A stretch of DNA of 32,453 nt from Candidatus Krumholzibacteriia bacterium (GTDB taxonomy: Bacteria > Krumholzibacteriota > Krumholzibacteriia > WVZY01 > JAKEHA01), in NCBI GenBank assembly GCA_035762505.1, contig DASTOO010000146.1, positions 1-32,453 on the forward strand, read 5' to 3'. Every line of letters starts with the position of its first letter. The stretch's first letter is position 1. Below the pieces are notes generated by a model. The model saw only the letters and a list, made by a program, of their open reading frames with translations. It did no database searches and was not told where the DNA came from. Below are positions 1 to 9,093 of this stretch, piece after piece. The translations under genes were made by a program, and so were the position numbers.

Positions 1-685
1 TCACCGTGTCGCCGCGGAACGCCTGTACGCCCGTCAGCATCTCGTAGAGCACGCAACCGAACGCGAACACGTCGCTGCGCTTGTCGACGCTCTTGCCGCG
101 CGCCTGCTCGGGGCTCATGTATGCCGCCGTCCCCAGGATCACGCCCGCCCCCGTCGGCGAGCTCGCCAGGACCGTCGGGGACTGCGACAAGCGCGGGTCC
201 CGTCCTTCATCGGACTCGAGCGCCTTCGCCAGGCCGAAGTCGAGCACCTTCACCCGCCCCTCCGGCGTCAGCTTGATGTTCGCCGGCTTCAGGTCGCGGT
301 GCACGATCCCCTGCTCGTGCGCGTACTCCAGCGCCTCCGCGATGTCCCGCGCGATCGGGAGGGCTTCCTCCACCGGGATCGGTCCCTGCGCGATCCGCGC
401 CGACAGGTCCTCCCCGTGCACCAGCTCCAGAACCAGGAACCGCTTCCCCTCCGCCTGCTCCAGCCCGTAGATCGCCGCGATATTCGGATGGTTCAGCGCC
501 GCCAGGAGGCGCGCCTCGCGCTCGAAGCGCCCCAGGCGCTCCGGATCATCGGCGAACGCGGGTGGCAGGAGTTTCAGCGCCACGTCGCGCCCGAGGCGCG
601 TGTCCCGCGCGCGGAACACTTCGCCCATTCCGCCCGCGCCGATCTGCTCGATGATCTCGTAGTTGCCGAGTTTTTTGGTATCCAT
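1..685 (-). CDS. Ser/Thr protein kinase, N-terminal catalytic domain; partial (C-terminus lies beyond base 1)
   Basis: Own reverse-strand translation from ATG (685-683): MDTKKLGNYEIIEQIGAGGMGEVFRARD..DVALK..HRDLKPANIKL..DFGLA..GTAAYMSPEQ. The frame stays open to base 1. Not in the supplied ORF track because it has no in-window stop. Confidence 0.9.
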   Translation of the reverse strand, partial: MDTKKLGNYEIIEQIGAGGMGEVFRARDTRLGRDVALKLLPPAFADDPERLGRFEREARLLAALNHPNIAAIYGLEQAEGKRFLVLELVHGEDLSARIAQGPIPVEEALPIARDIAEALEYAHEQGIVHRDLKPANIKLTPEGRVKVLDFGLAKALESDEGRDPRLSQSPTVLASSPTGAGVILGTAAYMSPEQARGKSVDKRSDVFAFGCVLYEMLTGVQAFRGDTV

Positions 686-760
686 GGAATGTCGTGCCGG
701 GATTGGTTGAGAGGTGTCGTTCATGCGGGAATCGCGGCAGTATATCGCAAGGCCCGGCGC

Positions 761-798
761 GGCGAAAGCGAAAGCGGGCTCCCCGCAGGGAGCCCGCT
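761..798 (-). terminator. Rho-independent terminator candidate after the HYR-repeat gene
   Basis: 11-bp perfect stem (773-783 pairs with 788-798) with a 4-nt loop. On the minus strand it is followed by TTCGCTTTCGCC (761-772). It lies 29 nt after the stop at 828-830. Confidence 0.55.
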
Positions 799-827
799 TC
801 GTCCCTTGAACCGGAACCGCCGGCCCG

Positions 828-3800
828 CTACTTCAGCAGCACGATCTTGCGGGTCTCACTGTACGACCCCGCGATCATCCGCACGAAGTACACCCCCGAC
901 GTCGCCGGCCGCCCCGCGTCGTCCGCACCGTTCCACACCGCCTGGTACCCACCCGCCGGCTGCGAGTCGTCCACCAGCCGCCGCACCAGCGATCCCCGAA
1001 CGTCGTAGATCGCGATCCGCACCTGCTCCGACTTGAGCAGCGTGTACGCCACCGTCGTCTGCGGGTTGAACGGATTCGGGTGGATCGACGACAAAGCCGT
1101 CGCCTTCGGAGCGTCCGTCACTTCCGGAACGTCCAGCGGCGGCGTGATGTCGAGCCACACGCCCGGCATCTCCACCGGTGTGCCCAGCGCGAAGATGTTG
1201 CCCACCAGGTAGTCCACGCCCGAGCGCGTCGTGTAGTGGATCCCCAGAGGCCCGTCCCCGCGCTCCCGCGTCAGGCTCGAACCCGACTCGCTCAGATCCA
1301 GCGACGTACTCGCGCCCACCAGAACGTCTACCGCCTCCGTCCGGTAGAACAACGCCAGGTCCACATGCCCGTCCGCGTTCACGTCCACCACCCGCGTCTC
1401 CGCCGGCCGGATCACTCCCGCCGTGTTGCCAAGATAGATCCGCGACGTCTCCAGCTCGGCCGCGTCCACCGCGTCCGTCGTTGGGATGACCACCGCGAAC
1501 GTCTCCGACGCCCCCGTGAACGTCTTCCCGTCCAGGCTGAACCCCGTCGACGCCAGTGCCGCACTCCCCTGGTCGTGCGGCACCCGCACGCACACCGTGT
1601 CGTACGCCACGTTCCCCGACATGTCCATCGCCTGGTAGTAGATCGTGTACTTCCGCCCGTCCTCCCCACCCATCCGCTCCGAGCGCAGCTCGATGCACTC
1701 GTCGGCCGTGCCCAACACGTCGCCCTGGATGTCATCGGTCGTGTGGCCGTCGCCCAGGTCGTTCTCCGGCTCGTCCGACACCGCACCGAACAGAACCCAC
1801 GTGGGATCCGGGTCGCAGATGTCCGTCACCGTCACCGTGGCACACACCGTCGCCAGCTTGTGGTTCGGCGGCCACAGAACGTCCCGGTCCAGCACCACGT
1901 CGATCTCCGGCGGCGTCGTGTCCTCCACCGTCACCGTCGCCGTGCACTCCGTCGTGAGCCCCGCGTCGTCCGTCGCCGTGAACGTCACCGTCGTCTCCCC
2001 CAGCGGGAAGCAATCCGGCGCGTCGTTGGTGATCGCCACGTCGTCGTCGCACACATCCGTCGCCGACACGCCGTCAAAGAACGGAATGAGCAGCGTGTCA
2101 TCCTCCGCCACCCCGCAGTGGCTCGAGCACTCCACCACAATGTCGGCCGGGCACACGATGACGGGGGGGGTGGTGTCGACGATCGTCACGTCGGCCGTGC
2201 ACTGGTCGGAACCCCCGAGCTCGTCCGTCGCGGTGAACGTGACGGTCGTGGTGCCCTCGTCGAAGAAGGACGGGGCATCGTGCGTGATCGTGATCGTGCC
2301 GCAACCGCCCGACGCCGAAGCGCCGGCGAGAAACGCCACGATGGCCGGATCGGTGGCCGGCGTCCCGCCGTGCTGCGAGCACTCGACCGAGATATCCCCC
2401 GGGCAGGTGATCGCAACCGCGGCCGGCGCATTGGCCTCGCGCCCGAACCACGTGAAGTGCGGCTCGGCGGCGGCGCCGCCTCCGCCTCCGCGCAGAACAT
2501 GCGCGCTCGCCACCCAGGTGTGGCCGAAGGGATCGTTGCGCCGCGCCGTGTAGTAATCGCCCCACCTGTTGTTGTCCGGGCCGTCATCGCCCTGCGATAC
2601 GAAGTAGCTCTCGAGCGGAGCGATCACATCCCCGTTGTAGTCGTCGGCCAGCCACGCGGACACCGACGGATACGGCACCGAATTGCCGCCGCCGCCGAGG
2701 CCGATCACGCCGCCGAGGTCCCCGTTGTCGTTGGGGTGGACGGCCGGGTACGCCCAGGCGAAGTCGTCGTTCCAGATCTGGCCCTGGTCGGCCAGGCCCA
2801 GGCCGCCCTCGTTGAATACCGCATAGCGCACGTTCGGCCAGGCGAACCCGTCGCCCTGGGCGGAGCCCCACATGAAGCCGACGCGGCCGGCCGCGACCCA
2901 CGCGGTGAGGATGTCGTTGAAGTCGCGCGCCACCCAGTCCGTGCCGTCCGGACTCGGCGCCGAGGAACCGGTGAAGTACTGATCGACGTCACGGTCGACG
3001 GAGGCGAGCGCGCCCGCCTCGGTCCAGCTGAAGATGCGCAGCGTGTTGTCGTCCACCTGCGTGCCGACGTACATCGTGCCCGCCGCTCCGTGCGTGCAGC
3101 GGACGTTGGCCAGCGAGGAGGCGAAGCTCGCGCCCGAGGCCGTCGCCGCGTTGGCGAGGTCGTCCAGGTCGAGCCGGATCACGCGCGCGCGGTCGCCGGT
3201 CGTGCTGCCCGTCCCGAAGTTCGTCGTGATGTACAGGAAATTGTCGCTGGCCGACAGGTCGGGGAAATCGAAGTTGTTGCTGGTCGCGTAACCCAGATCC
3301 TGCGGAGAGATGTCATACCACCACCAGTCGGCGAGGTTGGTGGTCGGGTTGTCGGAGATTGCGAGACGCACGATGTTGTTGTTGCTGCCGTCGCGCGTGT
3401 ACTGCAGGTACCAGCAGAAGATCCCGCGGCTGGGCTCGTAGTACACCACCTGGTCGCAACAGAATCCGCCGGCGGCGGTTGGAAAGAACGTGGCGGGATT
3501 CACGAACGTGAAGGTCTGGCCGCCATCGTTGGATATCGAACCATACCAGTTGCCGGTGTACACGACGTTGCTGCACGACATTCCGAGACTCGGCTCGTTG
3601 GTCGACGAGGTCGAGTTGTTGGTGAAGACGTCGGTCATCGTCGTGGTCCGGAAGAACGTGAAGTCCCCCGGCGCGCGCATCGTGCCCGGCGCCGCCGGCA
3701 GGTCCGCGCGCGCGGTCGTTTGCGGTGAGCGGTACAGCACGCCACCCGCGGTCGGGTCCTTCGCCAGCGTGTAGCGCGCCCGTCGCTCCTGGTAGAGGAC

Positions 3801-3983
3801 ATCGATGGCCTTCTCCCGTTGCTCGACCTCGTAGGGGGTGAGCTCGGGAGACGCCTGGATCACCGGCTGCACCGGCGCGCGCTGTGGTTTCAGTGTAAAC
3901 GTTTCCACCGCGAGCGCGGGTGCGGCCATGATCGCCAGACAGATGATACATACTGCGATCGACGGGTAATGCCTCGTTCTCAT
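828..3983 (-). CDS. Large secreted protein: signal peptide, beta-propeller-like (BNR/sialidase-like, tentative) region, two HYR domains, FG-GAP/VCBS-like segment, C-terminal FlgD-Ig/T9SS-type sorting domain
   Basis: Track ORF 828..4211. I place the start at ATG 3983-3981 (MRTRHYPSIAVCIICLAIMAAPALA, a signal peptide), preceded by AAGGAG 8 nt upstream. Motifs seen: SNDGGQTF, repeated C..TTVTFTATD..G...C.A.VT..DTTPP, VDVNADGHVD, and C-terminal PNPFNPQTTVAY...VYFVRM...RKIVLLK. Confidence 0.85.
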   Translation of the reverse strand: MRTRHYPSIAVCIICLAIMAAPALAVETFTLKPQRAPVQPVIQASPELTPYEVEQREKAIDVLYQERRARYTLAKDPTAGGVLYRSPQTTARADLPAAPGTMRAPGDFTFFRTTTMTDVFTNNSTSSTNEPSLGMSCSNVVYTGNWYGSISNDGGQTFTFVNPATFFPTAAGGFCCDQVVYYEPSRGIFCWYLQYTRDGSNNNIVRLAISDNPTTNLADWWWYDISPQDLGYATSNNFDFPDLSASDNFLYITTNFGTGSTTGDRARVIRLDLDDLANAATASGASFASSLANVRCTHGAAGTMYVGTQVDDNTLRIFSWTEAGALASVDRDVDQYFTGSSAPSPDGTDWVARDFNDILTAWVAAGRVGFMWGSAQGDGFAWPNVRYAVFNEGGLGLADQGQIWNDDFAWAYPAVHPNDNGDLGGVIGLGGGGNSVPYPSVSAWLADDYNGDVIAPLESYFVSQGDDGPDNNRWGDYYTARRNDPFGHTWVASAHVLRGGGGGAAAEPHFTWFGREANAPAAVAITCPGDISVECSQHGGTPATDPAIVAFLAGASASGGCGTITITHDAPSFFDEGTTTVTFTATDELGGSDQCTADVTIVDTTPPVIVCPADIVVECSSHCGVAEDDTLLIPFFDGVSATDVCDDDVAITNDAPDCFPLGETTVTFTATDDAGLTTECTATVTVEDTTPPEIDVVLDRDVLWPPNHKLATVCATVTVTDICDPDPTWVLFGAVSDEPENDLGDGHTTDDIQGDVLGTADECIELRSERMGGEDGRKYTIYYQAMDMSGNVAYDTVCVRVPHDQGSAALASTGFSLDGKTFTGASETFAVVIPTTDAVDAAELETSRIYLGNTAGVIRPAETRVVDVNADGHVDLALFYRTEAVDVLVGASTSLDLSESGSSLTRERGDGPLGIHYTTRSGVDYLVGNIFALGTPVEMPGVWLDITPPLDVPEVTDAPKATALSSIHPNPFNPQTTVAYTLLKSEQVRIAIYDVRGSLVRRLVDDSQPAGGYQAVWNGADDAGRPATSGVYFVRMIAGSYSETRKIVLLK
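1905..2413 (-). repeat. Two tandem HYR (hyalin-repeat) domain units inside the secreted protein gene
   Basis: Unit 1 reads ITCPGDISVEC...TTVTFTATDELGGSDQCTADVTIVDTTPPVI. Unit 2 reads VCPADIVVECS...TTVTFTATDDAGLTTECTATVTVEDTTPPEI. Matching DNA segments (cgtccgtcgc[c/g]gtgaacgt[c/g]ac[c/g]gtcgt) recur about 260 bp apart. Boundaries are approximate. Confidence 0.6.
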
Positions 3984-4219
3984 AGTAGACACTCCTTGCC
4001 ACCCGCACACATGCACGGGCTGTGAATGTCGACGCCGAGGCTCGGCTGGTTCGGGCCGTGGGGGCGTCGTACCGTGAATCTGGTACTTCTTGAGGAACTC
4101 GACCGAGGGGTCCCGCTCGGGGGCGAGCAAACTGCCTCGCGGGAAAAGGGGGACGACTCGCTCGCGGGCCGCACGCCGACACCCGCGGACGGGGAGGGTG
4201 GCGAGGCCCACGATCGGGA

Positions 4220-4248
4220 ATTCTACTCCTCCCGCGCGCGCCGTTCAA
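4220..4248 (-). promoter_or_regulatory. Sigma-70-type promoter candidate for the HYR-repeat gene
   Basis: Minus strand reads TTGAAC (4248-4243), a 17-nt spacer, then TAGAAT (4225-4220). This would give a ~230-nt leader to the ATG at 3983. Confidence 0.35.
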
Positions 4249-4294
4249 CGTTTGTGTTGACGTTCCACGTACAATTGGATTCATTGGAGGACGA

Positions 4295-4825
4295 ATGAAG
4301 CAGCGCACGGCGGGCATCATCGTCTTCCTGGTCGTGGCGGGGATCGTGGCGGGCATCGCCTGGCAACGGCGCGAGTCGCCGGCGTCGCGCCAGGATCGCA
4401 TGGTGCGCGCGTTCATCGCCATCCTCCCCGACAGCCTCCCCTCCGAGCACCGGCTCGAGATCCAGCAGCTGTTCCACCTGTTCTACCAGCGCGCCGGCCG
4501 CGGCGAGGTGCCGAAGGAGGACGTGGAGCGCATCACCAGCGAGCTCGTGCGCCACACCGAGCGGGGCCGCATCACCGCGACGGATCTCGTGCACTTCATG
4601 GCCGACGTCGGCTACACCACCTACAAGGGCGACCCGCGCTACAACCTGTCGGACAAGTCGGTGGACCATCCCATCCTGAATCCGGAATCGGCGATGTACC
4701 CGCTCCGCTTCGACTCGACCCAGTACGACTCGGCGTTTTGGGCGGACTTCGAGAAGTGGAAGAAGGAACATCCGGAGCTGACGGATTCGATGTACCCGAA
4801 TGAAATGCGGCAGGAGCCACGGTAG
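4295..4825 (+). CDS. Hypothetical membrane-anchored protein (single N-terminal TM helix)
   Basis: Track ORF with balanced, non-artefactual composition. N-terminal IIVFLVVAGIVAGIAW segment. GGAGG lies 5 nt upstream of the ATG. I recognise no family. Confidence 0.7.
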   Translation: MKQRTAGIIVFLVVAGIVAGIAWQRRESPASRQDRMVRAFIAILPDSLPSEHRLEIQQLFHLFYQRAGRGEVPKEDVERITSELVRHTERGRITATDLVHFMADVGYTTYKGDPRYNLSDKSVDHPILNPESAMYPLRFDSTQYDSAFWADFEKWKKEHPELTDSMYPNEMRQEPR

Positions 4826-4845
4826 GCCGAACCGGACGCGCGCCC

Positions 4846-5799
4846 CTACGGCTTCCTGGCCCAGATCAGCGTCTTCTCCCCCTTGCGGGTTGCGTTGAGG
4901 ATTCCGTTCAGCACGGCCTTGGACCATCGCAGAGCCGGGTTGGCCTCCACCCGGTCGCGCAGATCCTGCGCATCGGAGAGCCGGATGTTGCCCGGCAGGT
5001 TGGGCTTTCCACCTGCATCGAACCTGCCCCTGCCCCGGAGACGCGACTTCCACGTATTGATGACGGTGCCCGGCAGGATCGTCCGCGTCTCCATGCGAAT
5101 CACCTCAAAACCCTGATCGACGAGGAATCGTTCGAGGCGGCGCGCCGTGAACAGCAAGGTGTGCCCGCGGTAGTAACCGCGCCAGTCCATGCCGATGAGG
5201 TCGCGGGTCAGGCACGCGGCATTGGGCGTGGTCAGGAAGATGATCCCGCCGCTCTTCAGAACCTCGCGGGACCGCTGCACGAAACTCGCGGGATCGTACA
5301 GGTGTTCGATCGTTTCCATGCTGGCGACGAGGTCCATCGACCCGGGCGCAACGGAAACCTCTTCGAACGACCCGCACATCGTTGCGATTCCGAGCGACTG
5401 GCCGATGTGATCGCAGGCGGCGCGGTTGATTTCGACGCCCAGCACGTCCCAGCCCCTTTCCCGCGCGGCGAGCAGGAACTGCCCGTTGCCGAAACCGACC
5501 TCCACCATTCGTCTTCCCGCGCCCATCCGGGTCTCGATGTAATCCAGGATCTCATGATAGCGGGCGGTCGTCCGGGGGTGCATCGCCCCGGACCTGGCCA
5601 GGTAGCCGGCGTCGTACATGCCCCCGGCCTCCAGCGCGCCGCGCGGCTCCCAGAGCGCGGATCCGATCACGAGGCCGCAGGCTTCGCAGATGAAGTAGGT
5701 CTGGTCGAGCTTCTCCCCGAGGCGCTTCAGCCGGGTGGACCGGCAGAGTAAGCAGGGTTTTTCGTTCATGGTCGGCAGGAGGCGTCCCGACCGTTCCAT
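4846..5799 (-). CDS. Class I SAM-dependent methyltransferase with N-terminal CxxC...CxxC zinc-ribbon
   Basis: CLLCRS..FICEACG, then the SAM motif I MVEVGFGNGQF and WDVLGVEIN. Alternative start at MNEKP (ATG 5769). Confidence 0.85.
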   Translation of the reverse strand: MERSGRLLPTMNEKPCLLCRSTRLKRLGEKLDQTYFICEACGLVIGSALWEPRGALEAGGMYDAGYLARSGAMHPRTTARYHEILDYIETRMGAGRRMVEVGFGNGQFLLAARERGWDVLGVEINRAACDHIGQSLGIATMCGSFEEVSVAPGSMDLVASMETIEHLYDPASFVQRSREVLKSGGIIFLTTPNAACLTRDLIGMDWRGYYRGHTLLFTARRLERFLVDQGFEVIRMETRTILPGTVINTWKSRLRGRGRFDAGGKPNLPGNIRLSDAQDLRDRVEANPALRWSKAVLNGILNATRKGEKTLIWARKP

Positions 5800-5834
5800 T
5801 AGATCGAATCGAGGGGGTCCTGTCGACGCCGATC

Positions 5835-6518
5835 TTAGCGCTCGCGTGGCGACGGGGCGTCGCCGTTCAGCACCAGGCGCTTCAGCACCTCGCGCTCGAC
5901 GTCGCGGAAGTTCCGGAACTCGACGTGCGCGATGTCCTTCTGCCGGCAGTGCGCGAGCAGATCACCCTTGGCGAACACGAGGTCGGCGCTCTCGCACGGG
6001 CAGCGGTCGGACAGTCCATCGCCCACGTACACGATGAAATAGCCTTCCTCGCGGTAGCGCAGCAGATGATGGGTCTTGCAGCAGCCGCAGTCGGTGCACT
6101 CGAGCAGATTATACCAGGGGAACGCGACGCGCATCTTCTGCCCCTCGAGGCGCAGTTGATTGGCGAAGAACTCGATCTCGCCGAGCCCGTTGCGGATCAG
6201 GATCTGCTCGATGTAGTAATCGAGTCCGTCGCTCAGGACGACGACTTCGATCCCGCGCTGGCGCGCGAAGTCATGGAAGTCCTTGAAGTAGGGATCGAGC
6301 GGGCGGGCGTTGACGAACTTCTGGAGCTCCTCGGCGCAGCACTGCGCGAGCGAGGCCTCCTGCTCCAGACACTCCCGCGAGGATATCTCCCCGCGCTGCC
6401 ACTTCGACACCACCGCGGCCGCGTCGCCGTTCGCGGCAAAAGTGCGGAACAGCAGGTTGCCCACGTCATCCTGGGCAACCGTGCCGTCGAAATCGCATAG
6501 GACGGCGATCTTGCGCAT
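5835..6518 (-). CDS. HAD-IB family phosphatase, MtnX-like
   Basis: MRKIAVLCDFDGT (DxDGT nucleophile motif), VVLSDG, ECTDCGCCK (resembles the B. subtilis MtnX C..CGCCK segment), VGDGLSD. The track ORF starts 3 codons earlier at GTG 6527. ATG 6518 has GGTGAG upstream. Confidence 0.85.
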   Translation of the reverse strand: MRKIAVLCDFDGTVAQDDVGNLLFRTFAANGDAAAVVSKWQRGEISSRECLEQEASLAQCCAEELQKFVNARPLDPYFKDFHDFARQRGIEVVVLSDGLDYYIEQILIRNGLGEIEFFANQLRLEGQKMRVAFPWYNLLECTDCGCCKTHHLLRYREEGYFIVYVGDGLSDRCPCESADLVFAKGDLLAHCRQKDIAHVEFRNFRDVEREVLKRLVLNGDAPSPRER

Positions 6519-6550
6519 TTCACTCACCAGGGAACGGGCCGCGCCCGGCG

Positions 6551-8212
6551 CTAGCGCGTGACCGCGGCCTTCTTGACGCTCTTCTCCTGCTCCGCGAAGC
6601 GGAACAGATCCTTGAGCGTCGGGTTCTTTTCGATCATCTTGAGCGCATCCTGGACCTCGGGGTCGTGATCCAGCACCACGCGGTACATCGCCTTGCGACC
6701 GAACTTGGTGTTGACGGCCTCGCGCGCGACCATGGTGCGGATGTAGTCCACGTTCTCCTCGGTCAGCTCTTCCTTCTTGTACTCGAATTTCTTCGTGTCG
6801 AGGAACTTGTAGAAGTCGTTCAGGATGCCGTCCGTCGCGCGGAAATTCTCCGTGATCTCGTGGTTCTTGAGATAGTCCACCGCGAACGAGAACCCCAGCC
6901 CGTCGCGCTCCAGGCGGCGCATGAGGTCCGTGTACTCGCGCGGCTCGTACTCGATGTCGGGCGTGATGCCGCCGCCGCCGTACACGATGCGCCCGCTCGA
7001 CGTGTAGTAGACCGGCTTCTCCTTGGCCTCGCGCAGCTCCTTGACCTCCGACGTGGTCGCGTCGGAGTTGAGGGTCACGTCGTCCACGTCCATGCCGCCG
7101 TCGTTCATGGCGGTGACGTCCTGACCGTCTCCGTGTTCGCGCTCGTCCTTGTGGATGCTACGGCCGGACGGCGTGTAGTACTTGGCCGTGGTGAGCTTCA
7201 CCGCTTCCGTTTCCGAGAGCTGGAACACCGTCTGGACGGTGCCCTTGCCGAAGGACGTCTGCCCCACCACCAGCGCCTGATCCCAGTCCTGCATGGCGCC
7301 GGCGAAGATCTCCGACGCGCTCGCGCTGTTGCCGTTCACCATCACGACGATCGGATAGCCGCCGTGGACATGACGGTTGGTCGAGTAGTACTTGCGGTTC
7401 GAATTCGAGAGGCGGCCCTTGGTGTAGACGAGCAGCTTGTCCTTGTCGAGGAACAGCTCGCTCACCTCGGTGGCCGACTGCAGCAGGCCGCCCGGATTGG
7501 AGCGGAAGTCCAGCACCAGCGCCCGCATGCCCTTGCCCTCGAGGTCGACGAGCGCATCTTCCATCTCCTGCGCCGTCTTCTTGGCGAAGTTCGACACGCG
7601 CATGTAGCCCACGCCTTCCTGGAGCATGCTGTGGTAGGGCACGCTGGAGACGTTGATGACCTCGCGCGTCAGCACGTATTCGATCGCGTCGGCCTGGCCG
7701 GGACGGCTGACCTTGAAGCGCACCTTCGAGCCCGGCTCGCCGCGCAGGAAGCCCACCGCCTTGTCGACGGCCCAGCCCTCGGTGGGCTGGCCCTCGATCT
7801 CCACGATCTGGTCGCCGCCGCGGATGCCCGCGCGCTCCGCCGGCGTGCCGTCGATGGGCGACATCACCGTGGGAAAGTTGTCGCGGAATGAAATGAGAAT
7901 GCCGAGCCCGCCGAACTCGCCCCGCGTGCTCACCATCAGGTCCTCGTACTCGAGGTCCGCGAGGTACTGGCTGTGCGGGTCGAGCTCGCTCAGCATGCCC
8001 TCGATGGCCTTTTCGATCAGCTTGTGGGTATCGACCTCGTCGACGTAGTTCTGCGAAACCTTCTCGAGGATCCTCGTGAAGATCTCGAGGTCGTGGTAAA
8101 CGTCCGTTTTCTGGTCCCTGGTCTTGCTCTGGCCGAAGGAACCGAAGGCGACGACCGATACGGCGAGGAAGGCAACGGCTATGATGATGTGACGTGGGGT
8201 GAAGCGCTTCAC
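6551..8212 (-). CDS. ctpA: S41 family C-terminal processing peptidase with PDZ domain
   Basis: PDZ segment GGLGILI..SPIDGTPAERAGIRGGDQIVEIEG. Catalytic region LDFRSNPGGLL, NGNSASASEIFAGA, GQTSFGKGTVQ. N-terminal TM/signal anchor. GTG start with AGGAGG 7 nt upstream. Confidence 0.9.
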   Translation of the reverse strand: MKRFTPRHIIIAVAFLAVSVVAFGSFGQSKTRDQKTDVYHDLEIFTRILEKVSQNYVDEVDTHKLIEKAIEGMLSELDPHSQYLADLEYEDLMVSTRGEFGGLGILISFRDNFPTVMSPIDGTPAERAGIRGGDQIVEIEGQPTEGWAVDKAVGFLRGEPGSKVRFKVSRPGQADAIEYVLTREVINVSSVPYHSMLQEGVGYMRVSNFAKKTAQEMEDALVDLEGKGMRALVLDFRSNPGGLLQSATEVSELFLDKDKLLVYTKGRLSNSNRKYYSTNRHVHGGYPIVVMVNGNSASASEIFAGAMQDWDQALVVGQTSFGKGTVQTVFQLSETEAVKLTTAKYYTPSGRSIHKDEREHGDGQDVTAMNDGGMDVDDVTLNSDATTSEVKELREAKEKPVYYTSSGRIVYGGGGITPDIEYEPREYTDLMRRLERDGLGFSFAVDYLKNHEITENFRATDGILNDFYKFLDTKKFEYKKEELTEENVDYIRTMVAREAVNTKFGRKAMYRVVLDHDPEVQDALKMIEKNPTLKDLFRFAEQEKSVKKAAVTR

Positions 8213-8358
8213 GGATGAGCCTCCTAAGCTCGGGCGACCTGCCGTCTAAACGGCGTCTTTTCCGGCAGTTGCAACATACATTCCATTTTCCCCGCGCTCG
8301 GGTCGCGGCGGCGCACCCTATGCACGCGCCCGGCCCCCCAACCCGCCTAAGCGGGCGA

Positions 8359-8387
8359 AATATAAATGAATCGCCACAGGGCGGCAA
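8359..8387 (-). promoter_or_regulatory. Sigma-70-type promoter candidate for the S41 protease operon
   Basis: Minus strand reads TTGCCG (8387-8382), a 17-nt spacer, then TATATT (8364-8359), inside a locally AT-rich island of the divergent ctp/tmk spacer. Confidence 0.4.
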
Positions 8388-8459
8388 CCGGACCTTTTCC
8401 GGGGCGCCGGTGCCTGCTAGACTCGGCGCGTCGCCCGCCCCCGGGCGGGATCACCCACC

Positions 8460-9092
8460 ATGCCGCGGGAAGCTCGCTTTATCGTGTTCGAAGGCCTGGA
8501 CGGCGCCGGTACCACCACCCAGGCCGCCAAGCTCCAGGCATTGTTTACGCGCAAGGGCGCCCCGAGTTTCCTCACGAACGAGCCAACTTCCGATCCCATC
8601 GGCACATTCATCCGTCGCCTCCTCACCGGAACGGAGCGCGCCGCGGACGGCTCGCCGTACCGGCCCAGCGAAAAGGTGATGGGGCTGCTGTTCGGCGCCG
8701 ACCGGCTCGCCCACTCGGCAGTGATCGAGTCCCGCCGGCACGCGGGCGAGCACGTGGTGTGCGACCGCTACGTATTCTCGTCGATGGCCTATCAGACGCT
8801 CGACCCGGCCATCCGCGCGGAATGGGTCATCGACGTCAACCAGGGGTGCGCCGTTCCCGACGTGACCCTGTTCCTCGCGGCACCCGTGGACGTGTGCCTC
8901 GCGCGCGTGGCCGCCCGCCGCGGTGACACGACGATCTACGAGAACCGGGCGCACCTGGAGACGATCGCGCGCAATTACGAGAAGCTGCAGCGGCAGTACG
9001 AGGCGAGTTTCGGGACGGTGGTTCGGATCGACGGGACGATGAGCGTGGACGACGTGCACGACGCGGTCGTCACCGCGATCGGGGTCGACTGA
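8460..9092 (+). CDS. tmk: dTMP (thymidylate) kinase
   Basis: FIVFEGLDGAGTTTQ P-loop, DRYVFSSMAYQ, and a length typical of Tmk. Confidence 0.9.
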   Translation: MPREARFIVFEGLDGAGTTTQAAKLQALFTRKGAPSFLTNEPTSDPIGTFIRRLLTGTERAADGSPYRPSEKVMGLLFGADRLAHSAVIESRRHAGEHVVCDRYVFSSMAYQTLDPAIRAEWVIDVNQGCAVPDVTLFLAAPVDVCLARVAARRGDTTIYENRAHLETIARNYEKLQRQYEASFGTVVRIDGTMSVDDVHDAVVTAIGVD

Positions 9093-9093
9093 A

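Noticed and set aside
1080-3728. 882-aa plus-strand ORF (and nested ORFs 856-2992) opposite the HYR-repeat gene
   Set aside because: Extreme Arg/His/Val/Pro composition, no recognisable motifs, and fully antisense to a gene with clear domains. This is a typical high-GC shadow ORF.
3984-4211. 76-codon N-terminal extension of the HYR-repeat ORF
   Set aside because: The extension is Arg/Pro-rich, whereas ATG 3983 is preceded by AAGGAG and begins a canonical signal peptide.
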